From contig JBPOHH010000515.1 in NCBI GenBank assembly GCA_052035765.1, forward strand, positions 1 to 48,601: a stretch of 48,601 nucleotides of DNA, given 5' to 3'. Positions 17,289 through 27,552 of the stretch are shown piece after piece. Positions within the stretch are counted from its first letter, which is position 1. Each line of letters opens with the position of its first letter. The DNA comes from Bacteroidota bacterium. GTDB lineage: Bacteria > Bacteroidota > Ignavibacteria > Kapaibacteriales > UBA961. Below the pieces are notes generated by a model, which saw only the letters and a program-made list of their open reading frames with translations, was not told the DNA's origin and searched no databases. Both the position numbers and the translations under genes were made by a program.

Positions 17289-18464
17289 TTACTCTATTGA
17301 ATCAATGCCACAGATCTTGGGCAGGTATACCGTCATTACGGTACCAACATCAATTGTGCTCTCGACAGTGATACACCCTTTATGTAATTCTATAAACCTC
17401 TTGACAATCGGCATTCCTAACCCTGTACCTTGTTCACCGGAAGTACCAACGCGATGATGTTTACCAAATTTATCAAACAACCGCGGCAAATCTTCTTCCG
17501 GTATACCTATTCCCGTATCACGGACGGTAATCTTCACCGTGCGATCGTCACCCATCGACCATCCTTCCTCCTGATAGACTGTATCAATAGATACCGAACC
17601 TCCCTCAGGCGTAAACTTCACAGCATTTGAGAGTACATTATTGAGAATTTGAATCAATTTTGGTTCGTCGCCGATAATCCATACATCTTCATCCACATGA
17701 ATGCTCCTGAGCTCAACTCCCTTGCCGGATGCGACATTTTTTAACAACAGGACAGCGTTTCGCACAGTCTGACTCAGGTTGAACTCCTTCAGATTGAGTG
17801 GCATACTGCCGGATTCAATTTTTGCCAGATCCAGCAAGGAATTGACAAGACTCAACAGTTGATCCGAAGTGCTCGAAATGATGGTGGCAAATTCTTTCAC
17901 CAAAACCGGATCGGATGCTTCGTCACCCTTTCGTAGAATTTCTGCGAGACCGTAAATACCCCCGAGTGGTGATCGGAGATCATGGGAGACAATTTGCATT
18001 AATTTGTCTTTTTCGGCATTGAGAGCGATGAGCTCTTCGACATGGCGTTTTCTGTCTCTTTCTAATTTATTAATTTTAATATGGTTACCTACCCGTGCCA
18101 GTACCTCCGGGGCTTGAAAGGGTTTGGTAATATAATCCAGACCACCCACCTCCAATCCACGTACTTTCACGTCGACGTCCGAGAGTGCGCTCAAGAATAT
18201 GATAGGAATATCCCGCAGAGTTGGGTGTTGCTTGAGTCTCGAACACACCTCAAACCCGTCCATATCCGGCATCATTACATCGAGAAGTATCAAATCAGGT
18301 ATGCGCTTCTCGAGCAATCGTAAAGCGCCTTCGCCACTAAACGCTGCAATTACCTGATAATCATTTGAACGTAATATCTGTGAGATGACGGCGACATTTT
18401 GTTCGATGTCATCGACTACCAAAATGAGATTTTTCTTTGGATCCATAGTTGTGCGAAGAGACAA
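17289..18464 (-). CDS. Receiver-first histidine kinase (REC-HisKA-HATPase)
   Basis: 391 aa, with an alternative start at ATG 18446 (MDPKKNLILVVDD). REC: DLILLDVMMPDMDG, ITKPF. H-box IVSHDLRSPLGGI. N/G boxes NAVKFT, DTGIGI and GTGLGM. Confidence 0.9.
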   Translation of the reverse strand: MSLRTTMDPKKNLILVVDDIEQNVAVISQILRSNDYQVIAAFSGEGALRLLEKRIPDLILLDVMMPDMDGFEVCSRLKQHPTLRDIPIIFLSALSDVDVKVRGLEVGGLDYITKPFQAPEVLARVGNHIKINKLERDRKRHVEELIALNAEKDKLMQIVSHDLRSPLGGIYGLAEILRKGDEASDPVLVKEFATIISSTSDQLLSLVNSLLDLAKIESGSMPLNLKEFNLSQTVRNAVLLLKNVASGKGVELRSIHVDEDVWIIGDEPKLIQILNNVLSNAVKFTPEGGSVSIDTVYQEEGWSMGDDRTVKITVRDTGIGIPEEDLPRLFDKFGKHHRVGTSGEQGTGLGMPIVKRFIELHKGCITVESTIDVGTVMTVYLPKICGIDSIE

Positions 18465-18491
18465 GTTCGTAAAATAAACAAGTAAAAGACG

Positions 18492-21400
18492 TTACTCCGA
18501 TTGCATCAAACTATCAATTGAGACAAGGAGTTTATAATCAGAGAGCAGTACTGCTTTTGTAAATATAGATGTTAGCTCAGGAGAACATGCCATAAACTCC
18601 GGCTGCCGCACCAACGACTCAATCGAATCAACATCCTGAAATTCAACCGCAGTACACAATTCTTCTCTCCAGGGAGTCGGTAATTGATGGATCAGATGTA
18701 CTATTTCACGGGTTGACAACGGTTGCTTTTTCTCGTCCTGATACTGTGGACTAGTATCCGAATCATGGGTATACTCAAGCGGAAGATGAAGTCCGAGTAT
18801 ATCAAGTAATTCTTTTTCCAGAAATGGCTTACGCAGATAATCATTAAATCCTAAAGCCGTTAATTCTTCCTTCTTGCCTTCATAGCCGCTCGCAGTTACT
18901 GCAATAATAGGAATTTCTTTGACGCTATCCATCATCCGAATAATTTTTGTGGCTTCATCTCCATTCATGAGCGGCATGAGAATATCCATGAGAATTATAT
19001 CCGGGACAGCTTCCTGAAGTATACGAATACAATCTTTACCGTCCACGGCTTCCGTACAGATAAATCCGAGAGGTTCCAGGAAAGCACGCACCACATCCCT
19101 ATTCGTCGTAATATCATCGACGATCAGCACGTTCCAGGCATGTCCTCCCGCAATCCCCGTGTATACCGAGAGCACTTTCGACGAAGAGAGCCCATCCTGT
19201 GCGACGATGGCAATCGGTATATCAAACCAAAAAGTCGTACCGCTATCCAAAACACTTGTTACCTTTATCTCACCACCCAACATCGCCACAATCCGTGATG
19301 AAATCGACAATCCAAGTCCTGTACCTTCACTGTACATCCCCGTCACCTGCTTAAACGGTTCGAAGATAGACTGCAACTGTTCACTCGGTATACCACGTCC
19401 GGTATCGGTAATCGTAAACCGCACATGAGATATTTCGCCCTCTGCAGGTATCTCGTGCACTATCTCAGCTTTGAGATGAATACTTCCTTTTTGAGTGAAT
19501 TTCACGGCATTACTCATGAAATTTATAAGTACTTGTTTTAGCCGCTTACGATCGGACCATACGACACAACCGTCAAAACCCGAATGCTCGACCGTCAGAG
19601 AAAGCCCTTTTTCCTTGCAGCGTAAAGCAAACATTTCGCTTAAGTCGTTGAGTAGACTTTTGATATCAAACTTCTCGGATATCAGTTCCATATACCCTGA
19701 CTCTATTTTCGAAATATCGAGCACATCGTTAATCATATCCAATAAATGACTGCCACTGCGATACATCATATTGATATAATTCCTGCTTTGCTCCGAATGT
19801 GTGGTATCCTTTAAGAGAATTTGCGTGAATCCGAGTATCGAGTTCAACGGTGTTCGAAGCTCATGACTCATACTCGACAGGAATATCGATTTCGCGCGAT
19901 TCGCTTCTTCTGCTGCTTCCCTGGCTATCAGTAGTTCTTCGTTCTGACGCTCGAGGTTCACGGCCTGTTCTTCCAAAAAGTATTTGGCCTCGATGATGTC
20001 TTCGGCAAACTTATGGAGCTTTTGCTGATTCTCCCATCGTTCAATAGCTCCGGCAATACTTGCTGCCACACCCGACAGGATAGATTTTTCCCATTCAGCC
20101 CAGATACGTTTTGATTGAACGTCAAACAGCGTAATCGCGCCCCACAATGTATCGCGGAGAATAATTGGTACAATCATCAGGGAGTACACATTCACCGCTA
20201 AAAATTCGGATAATCCGAGAGATTCGAATTCCTCTTCGAATGCATTGATACTTTTTCCATGAGATAATGCATCATGAAGCTCTGCTCCCTCCCATACGGC
20301 CGGCTGAATCAGTGGGAATCGAGTCCAGTCCTCCGATTTAGTCCAGTGATAGGATAGTACAGATTCGAGAGGTTGTGCTTCATATTCATTGAATCGATAG
20401 AGAAATACACCGTCTGCCTTCGAAGTCGACCCTATGATCGTTATGATCTCCTGTATTCGTACCTCAAGATAATCTGACGTAAGTAGATACTGCAATGATT
20501 GAGAAATACCCTCGAGTAAATGATCGCGTCGCTCGAGTTCGAGCTGTGATTCTTTCTGAACGGAAATATCTTTTGCAATACCGAGATAACCGTTTATTTC
20601 ACCTTCGGAATTCCGCGTTGCCGTCACCGAAAGCAGAACCGGAAATTTCTTTCCTGACCGATGGACATACGTCCATTCGTTTTCATCGGGAATACCCAGC
20701 TTTGCCTTTGCCACGAATGTTTCGAAACCTACTTCGACCTCGGTTTGTAATTCTGTGCGAAGTTCCTGCGCACGCTCCACTACCTCTTCAGCAATATGAA
20801 ACATACCCGGAGAGTGTATCCCGATTATTTCCGCAGCAGAATATCCCAAAGCACGCTCTGCTGCCGGATTAAAAATGGTGATTACTCCTTCCGTAGTAGT
20901 AGCTATAATCATATAATCAGCGCCGTTGAGAATCGCCTGTTGGAAATGAAGCGTGTCTCTCAGCTGCTGTTCGGATGCTTTTCGCGCCGTGATATTCTTG
21001 CCGAGTGCTGCAACACCGACAATGGTAACTCCATCATAGATAGGATTTAATGCAATTTCAAAATATTGATACTTACCACCGAGATGAATTCCCTGTTCGA
21101 CCGAAAAATGTTCACCTCCCAATGCCCGCAAATACAGATCTTTCACATACTCCTTCACTTCTTCCGACATACCAAGAAAGGCTGAGTCTTTAACCGTTGG
21201 CCGGAAGCCGAGCGCGAGAAGACAGGTGATACTGTAGTACCGATTGAACATTAAGAGCGAAAATTCTCTATCAACAGACCATACTGCATCGTTAGTGTTT
21301 TCGAGCCAGGCATCGATATTTGCTTTTGCATGCTGCAGTTCTTTTTGCGCTTCTTTGCGATTGGTAATATCGATAAACGATACGACTACACCGGTGGGAA

Positions 21401-22298
21401 CCGCACTATTGTTTTGAAATAACGGCTGTGAGTTAAGTGATATCCATATCTGACTCTTATCCTTTCTACGTATACCGAGTATCACATCTGATTGCGACTC
21501 GCCTGTCGTGAGGGTAATCATAGAAGGATGTCTCTCAGGCGGCAACAAGTTGCCAAACTCGTCACTTATTCCGGTATTGGTGTCTGCCGACGTCAAATCC
21601 TTAAGATTTCTTATCTTCATTCCAACGATATTTTCAGCACTTGCATTCGCCGAAATGATCTCACCGAGGGCATCAAAAACAATGACACCTTCCTGGAGAA
21701 CCGAGATAAACGAACGATACATTTCCTTACTTTCGATGAGCTGTTTCTGCATTTCAATCATTTCGGTGATTTCGCGGGCTACTGCCTGAAAACCGATAAC
21801 AGTGTCTTTTTCAAAGAGTAACTGAGTATTTTGACCAAGCCATATCTCTTTTCCATGCGGCGTAATTACCGGATACTCGTAGTAGGTGTTTTGTTCTTTT
21901 GAAATAAACTGCCGGAAAAAAAACTTCTCTGTTTTTCGCCTATAATCATCTCTCACATAATCGAGGTACCGTTTGCCTATGATTTCATCTTCTTTCAAGT
22001 CCCATGTTTTTAATGCCATTGTATTAGAATACATAAAGTATCCGTTCACATCACACCGGAAGATCAGTTCATTGGCAGATTCGACAAGATTCTTGTAGTG
22101 TGTAGTCTCAGCGGTCAGCAAGTCGACCGCTTCCTGCATCTTATGGATGGTCATATTGGCAGCCGACTGCTGTTCTATGGCTGCATTGTATGATACCGCA
22201 GCTTTCTTACGGAGCATGACAAAGGCAGCTGCCAGTGCTATGGCAGATCCGGTTGACACTATAATAAGCAGATAATCTATCATAGAGTTAGCGAACAT
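18492..22298 (-). CDS. Membrane-anchored multi-PAS/GAF hybrid sensor histidine kinase (HisKA-HATPase-REC plus a C-terminal helical tail)
   Basis: 1268 aa. N-terminal TM segment (LLIIVSTGSAIALAAAFVML), several PAS-like blocks and a GAF-like block. H-box MSHELRTPLNSILGF. NAVKFT, DTGRGI and GTGLGL boxes. REC: NVLIVDD...DIILMDILMPLMNG...LRKPF. About 110 further residues follow the REC domain. Confidence 0.9.
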   Translation of the reverse strand: MFANSMIDYLLIIVSTGSAIALAAAFVMLRKKAAVSYNAAIEQQSAANMTIHKMQEAVDLLTAETTHYKNLVESANELIFRCDVNGYFMYSNTMALKTWDLKEDEIIGKRYLDYVRDDYRRKTEKFFFRQFISKEQNTYYEYPVITPHGKEIWLGQNTQLLFEKDTVIGFQAVAREITEMIEMQKQLIESKEMYRSFISVLQEGVIVFDALGEIISANASAENIVGMKIRNLKDLTSADTNTGISDEFGNLLPPERHPSMITLTTGESQSDVILGIRRKDKSQIWISLNSQPLFQNNSAVPTGVVVSFIDITNRKEAQKELQHAKANIDAWLENTNDAVWSVDREFSLLMFNRYYSITCLLALGFRPTVKDSAFLGMSEEVKEYVKDLYLRALGGEHFSVEQGIHLGGKYQYFEIALNPIYDGVTIVGVAALGKNITARKASEQQLRDTLHFQQAILNGADYMIIATTTEGVITIFNPAAERALGYSAAEIIGIHSPGMFHIAEEVVERAQELRTELQTEVEVGFETFVAKAKLGIPDENEWTYVHRSGKKFPVLLSVTATRNSEGEINGYLGIAKDISVQKESQLELERRDHLLEGISQSLQYLLTSDYLEVRIQEIITIIGSTSKADGVFLYRFNEYEAQPLESVLSYHWTKSEDWTRFPLIQPAVWEGAELHDALSHGKSINAFEEEFESLGLSEFLAVNVYSLMIVPIILRDTLWGAITLFDVQSKRIWAEWEKSILSGVAASIAGAIERWENQQKLHKFAEDIIEAKYFLEEQAVNLERQNEELLIAREAAEEANRAKSIFLSSMSHELRTPLNSILGFTQILLKDTTHSEQSRNYINMMYRSGSHLLDMINDVLDISKIESGYMELISEKFDIKSLLNDLSEMFALRCKEKGLSLTVEHSGFDGCVVWSDRKRLKQVLINFMSNAVKFTQKGSIHLKAEIVHEIPAEGEISHVRFTITDTGRGIPSEQLQSIFEPFKQVTGMYSEGTGLGLSISSRIVAMLGGEIKVTSVLDSGTTFWFDIPIAIVAQDGLSSSKVLSVYTGIAGGHAWNVLIVDDITTNRDVVRAFLEPLGFICTEAVDGKDCIRILQEAVPDIILMDILMPLMNGDEATKIIRMMDSVKEIPIIAVTASGYEGKKEELTALGFNDYLRKPFLEKELLDILGLHLPLEYTHDSDTSPQYQDEKKQPLSTREIVHLIHQLPTPWREELCTAVEFQDVDSIESLVRQPEFMACSPELTSIFTKAVLLSDYKLLVSIDSLMQSE

Positions 22299-22329
22299 AC
22301 AGTTAATCTACACTTCCATAACGTAACAA

Positions 22330-22362
22330 AGAAAAAGGTCAGGATTATTCATCCTGACCCTT
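22330..22362 (-). terminator. Rho-independent terminator downstream of the aconitase gene
   Basis: 9-bp perfect stem ggtcaggat (22337-22345) / atcctgacc (22351-22359) with a 5-nt loop. On the minus strand the stem is followed by TTTTTCTTTG. It lies about 55 nt after the stop at 22414. Confidence 0.75.
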
Positions 22363-22413
22363 TATCGGTACTGATTGTACATACTGTACACGATGAATGT
22401 ACGCCTGCGATGA

Positions 22414-24663
22414 TTATTTCTGAGCTGAGCTGTTGGCAGCGATCAGGTTGAGTGCACTTCCTGCTAAAAACCAACCTATTTGATTCTCGTTGAATGTATG
22501 GTTGAGCGGAATATTTACCATGGATCCGTCTTGATGCCATACGGTAGCCGTGAGTTGTTTGCCGGGAGCTAACTCTTCTACGTTAATAGATATACGGTCA
22601 TCTTCTCTGAAAAGATCATAATCGTTCGGATCTGCAAAAGTAAGAGGGAGCATGCCTTGTTTTTTGAGATTTGTCTCATGAATTCGAGCAAATGACTTAA
22701 CAATAACTGCTTTGCCGCCGAGATGACGGGGCTCCATAGCCGCATGTTCACGGCTTGAGCCCTCTCCATAATTTTCATCACCGACGACGACCCAACCTAA
22801 CCCTGCAGATTGATACGCTCTTGCAACGACAGGTACTTCAGCATATTCACCCGTGAGAGTGTTTTTGATATAATTTGCATTTTCATTGACATAATTAATA
22901 GCACCAATCAGCATATTATTCGAGATATTAGTCAAATGTCCGCGGAAACGAAGCCATGGACCTGCTGCGGAGATATGATCGGTCGTGCACTTCCCTTTTG
23001 CTTTGATAAGCAACGGCATATCCACGAACTGATCGGGAGAGTTTGGACGGAACGGATGCAGGCGTTCGAGGCGCTGGGAATCATCATTAATATGCACTTC
23101 GAGTTCGCGGCCATCGACAGCCGGCAGGACAAATCCATCAGCATCAGGCACGAAGCCTTTCGCCGGGAGCTCCATGCCTTGCGGAGGTGTAAGCAGTACG
23201 CCTTGCACGGGAACCTTGGTAAAATCTACCGTAAGATCACCTGCAAGTGCAAATCCAATAACCGTTTCCGGTGACGCTACAAATGCGTGCGTCTCGGCAA
23301 TTCCATCATTCCGACCGGTAAAATTACGATTGAAGGACGTGATAATCGAATTTTTGTCGCCTTTCTTTACATCATGGCGTTTCCATTGTCCGATACAAGG
23401 TCCGCAGGCATTTGCAAGCACCATACCGCCGACGGATTCCATTTTCGCCAGAATACCGTCACGTTCGATCGTTGCACGCACTTGTTCGCTTCCGGGAGTA
23501 ATCGTAAATTCAGATTTCGTTTTGAGCGAATGCCGGCTTGCGTATTCAGCAATTTCAGCGACTCTGCTCATATCTTCATAACTGGAATTCGTGCACGATC
23601 CAATGAGAGCAACCCGTAATTCGCTTGGCCAGTTGTTTTCTGTTACGGCCTTCACAAATTCAGAAATCGGAAGAGCGCGATCCGGTGTAAATGGACCATT
23701 GATATGTGGCTCGAGTGCCGACAAATCTATCTCAATGACTTTATCATAATAGTTTTCAGGATGAGCCAAGACCTCATCGTCGGCTCGTAAATACTCTGCC
23801 ACTTCCGAAGCAAGAGCAGCAATTTCATGCCGTTCGGTCGATTGTAAATACCGAACGATGGAATCATCAAACGGAAACACCGATGTCGTTGCTCCAATTT
23901 CGGCTCCCATATTGCAGATAGTACCTTTGCCCGTCGCCGAAAGTGTCGCGCAGCCATCCCCGAAATATTCGACAATTGCACCCGTGCCGCCCTTAACGGT
24001 TAATATTCCGGCGAGCTTGAGGATTACGTCTTTTGCAGATGCCCAGCCGGAAAGCTTACCGGTAAGCTTTACTCCGATAAGCTTGGGGAATTGTAATTCC
24101 CATGCCATTCCCGACATCACATCGACGGCATCAGCACCGCCGACACCGATAGCGACCATACCGAGACCGCCGGCATTAGGAGTGTGTGAGTCGGTACCGA
24201 TCATCATACCACCGGGGAATGCGTAGTTTTCTAAGACAACCTGATGGATAATTCCGGCGCCCGGCTTCCAGAAGCCAATGCCGTATTTTTTTGAAACTGA
24301 TGCCAGGAACGCGAAGACTTCATCGTTTTCGACGAGTGAACGCTCCATATCAGACTTCGCACCGGATTCTGCACGAATTAAGTGATCACAATGGACAGTC
24401 GACGGTACAGCTACTTTAGGAATACCCGCACTCATGAATTGCAGAAGCGCCATTTGAGCGGTGGCATCCTGCATTGCTACGCGATCGGGCCGGAAATCGA
24501 CGTACGATTTACCGCGTTGGAATGTATCGGCAGGACCATCGAGGTGAGTATAGAGAATTTTTTCAGCAAGAGTCAGGGGGCGGGAAAGTACTGCACGAGC
24601 GGCAGCAACTTTCGCCGGATATTCGGCATAGACACGCCGAATCATGGAAACATCAAAAGCCAT
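22414..24663 (-). CDS. acnA: Aconitate hydratase (monomeric, mitochondrial-type)
   Basis: 749 aa. The motifs [48 protein letters not shown] and SSREHAA give the three Fe-S cluster cysteines and catalytic residues. The length fits the roughly 750-aa mAcn-like class rather than the roughly 890-aa AcnA/IRP class. Confidence 0.93.
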   Translation of the reverse strand: MAFDVSMIRRVYAEYPAKVAAARAVLSRPLTLAEKILYTHLDGPADTFQRGKSYVDFRPDRVAMQDATAQMALLQFMSAGIPKVAVPSTVHCDHLIRAESGAKSDMERSLVENDEVFAFLASVSKKYGIGFWKPGAGIIHQVVLENYAFPGGMMIGTDSHTPNAGGLGMVAIGVGGADAVDVMSGMAWELQFPKLIGVKLTGKLSGWASAKDVILKLAGILTVKGGTGAIVEYFGDGCATLSATGKGTICNMGAEIGATTSVFPFDDSIVRYLQSTERHEIAALASEVAEYLRADDEVLAHPENYYDKVIEIDLSALEPHINGPFTPDRALPISEFVKAVTENNWPSELRVALIGSCTNSSYEDMSRVAEIAEYASRHSLKTKSEFTITPGSEQVRATIERDGILAKMESVGGMVLANACGPCIGQWKRHDVKKGDKNSIITSFNRNFTGRNDGIAETHAFVASPETVIGFALAGDLTVDFTKVPVQGVLLTPPQGMELPAKGFVPDADGFVLPAVDGRELEVHINDDSQRLERLHPFRPNSPDQFVDMPLLIKAKGKCTTDHISAAGPWLRFRGHLTNISNNMLIGAINYVNENANYIKNTLTGEYAEVPVVARAYQSAGLGWVVVGDENYGEGSSREHAAMEPRHLGGKAVIVKSFARIHETNLKKQGMLPLTFADPNDYDLFREDDRISINVEELAPGKQLTATVWHQDGSMVNIPLNHTFNENQIGWFLAGSALNLIAANSSAQK

Positions 24664-24748
24664 CAGAACACCATAATTAATGAATAATAAGAGAGAAGTT
24701 CGTTGTTACCTATACTGCCGAATTCTCGGCATACCACTTGAATTACAC

Positions 24749-25219
24749 TCAGAAATGTATCGATATAATTCCTGTAGTTTCATTGAATTCCGTTTCGAAT
24801 TGCTGCAATGTCGGCGCAGATTGACCGCCGATATTTTGTCCGAAATTATCTTCGGCAATACTATAGAGCGCACCGTGGAGGTTGCAGGCGGCTTTGCTCG
24901 CAACCGGCGTCAGAACACTGCCGCTTTCATGGAGACACAAGGTCGACATCGTTCGGAATTTTTTGTCGGTAGTGCGTACGATGATCACCGGGAGGTTGTT
25001 GTTATTCCCGGGAAACGCCTGTCGTATGAATCCTCCAACCTTTTGCAGCGACGTTTTATCGGCAAGAAGTAGAGTGACCGTGGTACCGGTAAGCGGCACC
25101 GTCGATACTGAGTCCGAGCATCCTCCGAGGCAGCTTCCGACAGTAATAACGCCTCCGAGCACTGTCAGCTGACCTGCTGCCTTCATAAAATTTCTGCGTG
25201 ATGGATGATGCGTAGCCAT
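24749..25219 (-). CDS. Tat-exported Rieske [2Fe-2S] domain protein
   Basis: The track ORF is trimmed to ATG 25219 (MATHHPSRRNFMKAAGQLTVLGG), which gives a twin-arginine signal followed by SCLGGCSDS. Rieske boxes CLHESG (CxH) and CNLHGALY (CxxH) are separated by 17 residues. Confidence 0.75.
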   Translation of the reverse strand: MATHHPSRRNFMKAAGQLTVLGGVITVGSCLGGCSDSVSTVPLTGTTVTLLLADKTSLQKVGGFIRQAFPGNNNNLPVIIVRTTDKKFRTMSTLCLHESGSVLTPVASKAACNLHGALYSIAEDNFGQNIGGQSAPTLQQFETEFNETTGIISIHF

Positions 25220-25477
25220 GGATGCCCTATAAATACTATGAAACAATCAACGTTGCATACAGAGTTGATTGTACTGAGTGCAGTCTGTGCCGGATAGAGT
25301 ACGGATATATATAGTCACTGCAAATTTACGGCTTTTTTGTGAATAGTCTTCGCTTAAGTTGTCGCCTATTATCGTAATGTCGTAATTTACATTCCGGGTA
25401 TAGGTTGCATACGGAAGAGCGGTATGGACACTTCACAATTCTGTTTCATTTAACTAAATTATATTCAAAATCTTAGA

Positions 25478-26380
25478 ATGAATCTATCGATTCTGACATA
25501 TTTTCTTCCGTGGCTGTTGATAGTCTTCTTCAGTACAGGGTATTCTTCAGCGGCAACGCCTGTACTCTACGATACAACAAGCATATCAGACTCAGGTAAA
25601 GTAGACTGTCAGCGACTTGCCGTGGTAGCAACTGTAACGGCAGCTACAATAACGTATGGCATCACTTTACAGAATTCGTTATGGTGGAAAGGCGAACGGT
25701 CGCCTTTTTATTTCAATTTTGAACGGGACTGGAAGTATGCCCTTGGTGCAGATAAATTTGGGCATTTTTTCTTTCCGTATCTTGTCGCCGGAGAGTATTC
25801 ACAACTTCTTGAATGGTGCGCAATTGACACGGTAGACGCTCTCTGGTATGCTGCTGCTCTTGGGTTGGCGCATCAGACATTCGTCGAGGTGCGCGACGGG
25901 TTCTCGAAAGACATGGGAGGTGGATATTTAGGATTCAGCTGGGCAGATATGGGTGCAAACATTGCCGGAGCTGTATTCCCGCTTGTGCAGCAGAAGTCTA
26001 AATTATTACAATCCGTTATGTTGAAGATTAGTTACTATCCTTCTGATGCGTTTCAACGAGGAACACATGCTGCTATCATAGATGATTATGAGAGCACCTA
26101 TCACTGGCTTTCATTTTCACCGGCAATATTTTTACCCGGGACACTTGCCCGACAGTATCCTCCTTGGCTGAATCTTGCCCTTGGTCATAGTGTCAAAAAT
26201 CTGGATGGGAACGGCGGCGGTAACCATGAAATATTCTTAAGCGTGGACTGGAATCTGGCAGCAATTTCCGTAGAGGGTTCATTTTGGAAAACGCTGATCC
26301 GTACGTTGGGCTATTATCATTTTCCGGCTCCGGCTGTCAGATTGTATCCGAGTGTGGTCTGGTATGGTCTCAAATTCTGA
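25478..26380 (+). CDS. Exported membrane-associated protein, DUF2279-like
   Basis: 300 aa with a signal peptide (LLIVFFSTGYSSA). WWKGERSPFYFNFERDWKYALGADKFGHFFFPY resembles the DUF2279 (YfiM-like) core DKxxH. This is a weak, memory-based assignment. Confidence 0.45.
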   Translation: MNLSILTYFLPWLLIVFFSTGYSSAATPVLYDTTSISDSGKVDCQRLAVVATVTAATITYGITLQNSLWWKGERSPFYFNFERDWKYALGADKFGHFFFPYLVAGEYSQLLEWCAIDTVDALWYAAALGLAHQTFVEVRDGFSKDMGGGYLGFSWADMGANIAGAVFPLVQQKSKLLQSVMLKISYYPSDAFQRGTHAAIIDDYESTYHWLSFSPAIFLPGTLARQYPPWLNLALGHSVKNLDGNGGGNHEIFLSVDWNLAAISVEGSFWKTLIRTLGYYHFPAPAVRLYPSVVWYGLKF

Positions 26381-26438
26381 TATTCGATTGCCGGCACGAC
26401 GAAAGTTCAAACCACGCACGACGGCACCATAGTTTTCG

Positions 26439-26446
26439 TAATTTTG
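26439..26446 (+). promoter_or_regulatory. Candidate FCB-type -7 box TAATTTTG upstream of kynA
   Basis: Fits TAnnTTTG and ends 35 nt upstream of ATG 26482. The identical octamer occurs at nearly the same spacing upstream of motA. Confidence 0.35.
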
Positions 26447-26481
26447 TATAAATTTTATGAACAATACTCCAGGAAAAAGCT

Positions 26482-27552
26482 ATGTCTACTCAACCTGTTT
26501 ATTATAGAGATTATCTGCAGCTTGATACAATTCTCAATGCTCAGACGCTGCAAAGCGAGCTCAACGGCACAAAAGCACATGATGAAATGTTGTTTATCAT
26601 AATTCATCAGGCGTATGAATTATGGTTCAAGCAAATTCTCGTTGAAATCGACTCCATAGCCGTTATTTTCTCGGGAGAATCTGTTCAGGAAAACCATATT
26701 GCCGTCGCAGTACAACGCCTGCACAGAGTGAACAGGATATTTGAACTGCTGATTCAGCAATTTACGGTACTCGAAACGATGACGTCACTCGATTTCATGG
26801 ATTTCAGGGATTTCCTTCATCCTGCAAGTGGTTTTCAATCCTCTCAGTTCCGTGTACTGGAGACCAAGCTCGGGCTCCAGAATTCGCAACGTGTCAATCC
26901 AACATATATTAAGAATTTAGATGCACAGGACGCGCAGAAGCTTCAGCAGGCAATGGATTCTCCTAGTCTCTTTACACTCATCGAGCAATGGCTTGAGAAA
27001 ATGCCGTTTCAGGAAACAGGTGATTGGGCTTTCTGGAAAGATTATCAGAATGTTCTCCATACAACCTTTGAAAAAGACCGGCAAGATTTGCAGAACAACC
27101 CCCACATCCCTGCTGATGAATTAGCAATGAGTTTGAGAAGAATTGACGTGATGGAAGAGGGCTTTGATGCGTTGTTTGACAAGTCCAAATACGATCAGCT
27201 TACCGAGCGTCGTCTCTCTCATCGTGCTACATTGGCTGCCATTTTTATCTCACTCTATCGTGAGTATCCCCTTCTTCAGCTCCCTTTCCGCCTGCTCGAT
27301 GCGATTATTGAGATGGATGAAAATTTCACAATGTGGCGGTATCGCCATTCCATGATGACGTCCCGTATGATAGGTGCCCGTATCGGTACCGGCGGATCGA
27401 GCGGATCGGACTACCTCACCAAAACAAGTGTACAGCAGAGAATTTTTGCAGATATCAAGAATACGGCAGGTATGCTCATTCCGAGAAGAGCTATACCGGC
27501 TCTTCCACCTGAAATTGCCGAGAAGCTACAATTCGCTTTTGATCTTCGATGA
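26482..27552 (+). CDS. kynA: Tryptophan 2,3-dioxygenase
   Basis: 356 aa. YRDYLQLDTILNAQ, HDEMLFIIIHQAYELWFKQIL, FRDFLHPASGFQS, WRYRHSMMTSRMIG and GTGGSSGSDYL are TDO hallmarks, including the proximal His. Confidence 0.92.
   Translation: MSTQPVYYRDYLQLDTILNAQTLQSELNGTKAHDEMLFIIIHQAYELWFKQILVEIDSIAVIFSGESVQENHIAVAVQRLHRVNRIFELLIQQFTVLETMTSLDFMDFRDFLHPASGFQSSQFRVLETKLGLQNSQRVNPTYIKNLDAQDAQKLQQAMDSPSLFTLIEQWLEKMPFQETGDWAFWKDYQNVLHTTFEKDRQDLQNNPHIPADELAMSLRRIDVMEEGFDALFDKSKYDQLTERRLSHRATLAAIFISLYREYPLLQLPFRLLDAIIEMDENFTMWRYRHSMMTSRMIGARIGTGGSSGSDYLTKTSVQQRIFADIKNTAGMLIPRRAIPALPPEIAEKLQFAFDLR

Noticed and set aside
24680-25072. 130-aa + strand ORF between the aconitase and Rieske genes.
   Set aside because: It overlaps the Rieske CDS in antisense. 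The Rieske frame carries the Tat signal and the CxH/CxxH ligands, and this frame has nothing comparable.
25252-25411. 9-bp direct repeat gttgcatac (25252..25260 and 25403..25411) and a tandem tcgtaat-g-tcgtaat (about 25372..25386) in the divergent Rieske/DUF2279 spacer.
   Set aside because: A single 9-mer recurrence within a roughly 260-bp AT-rich spacer is close to chance expectation by a rough estimate. I see no symmetry or further copies to support an operator call.
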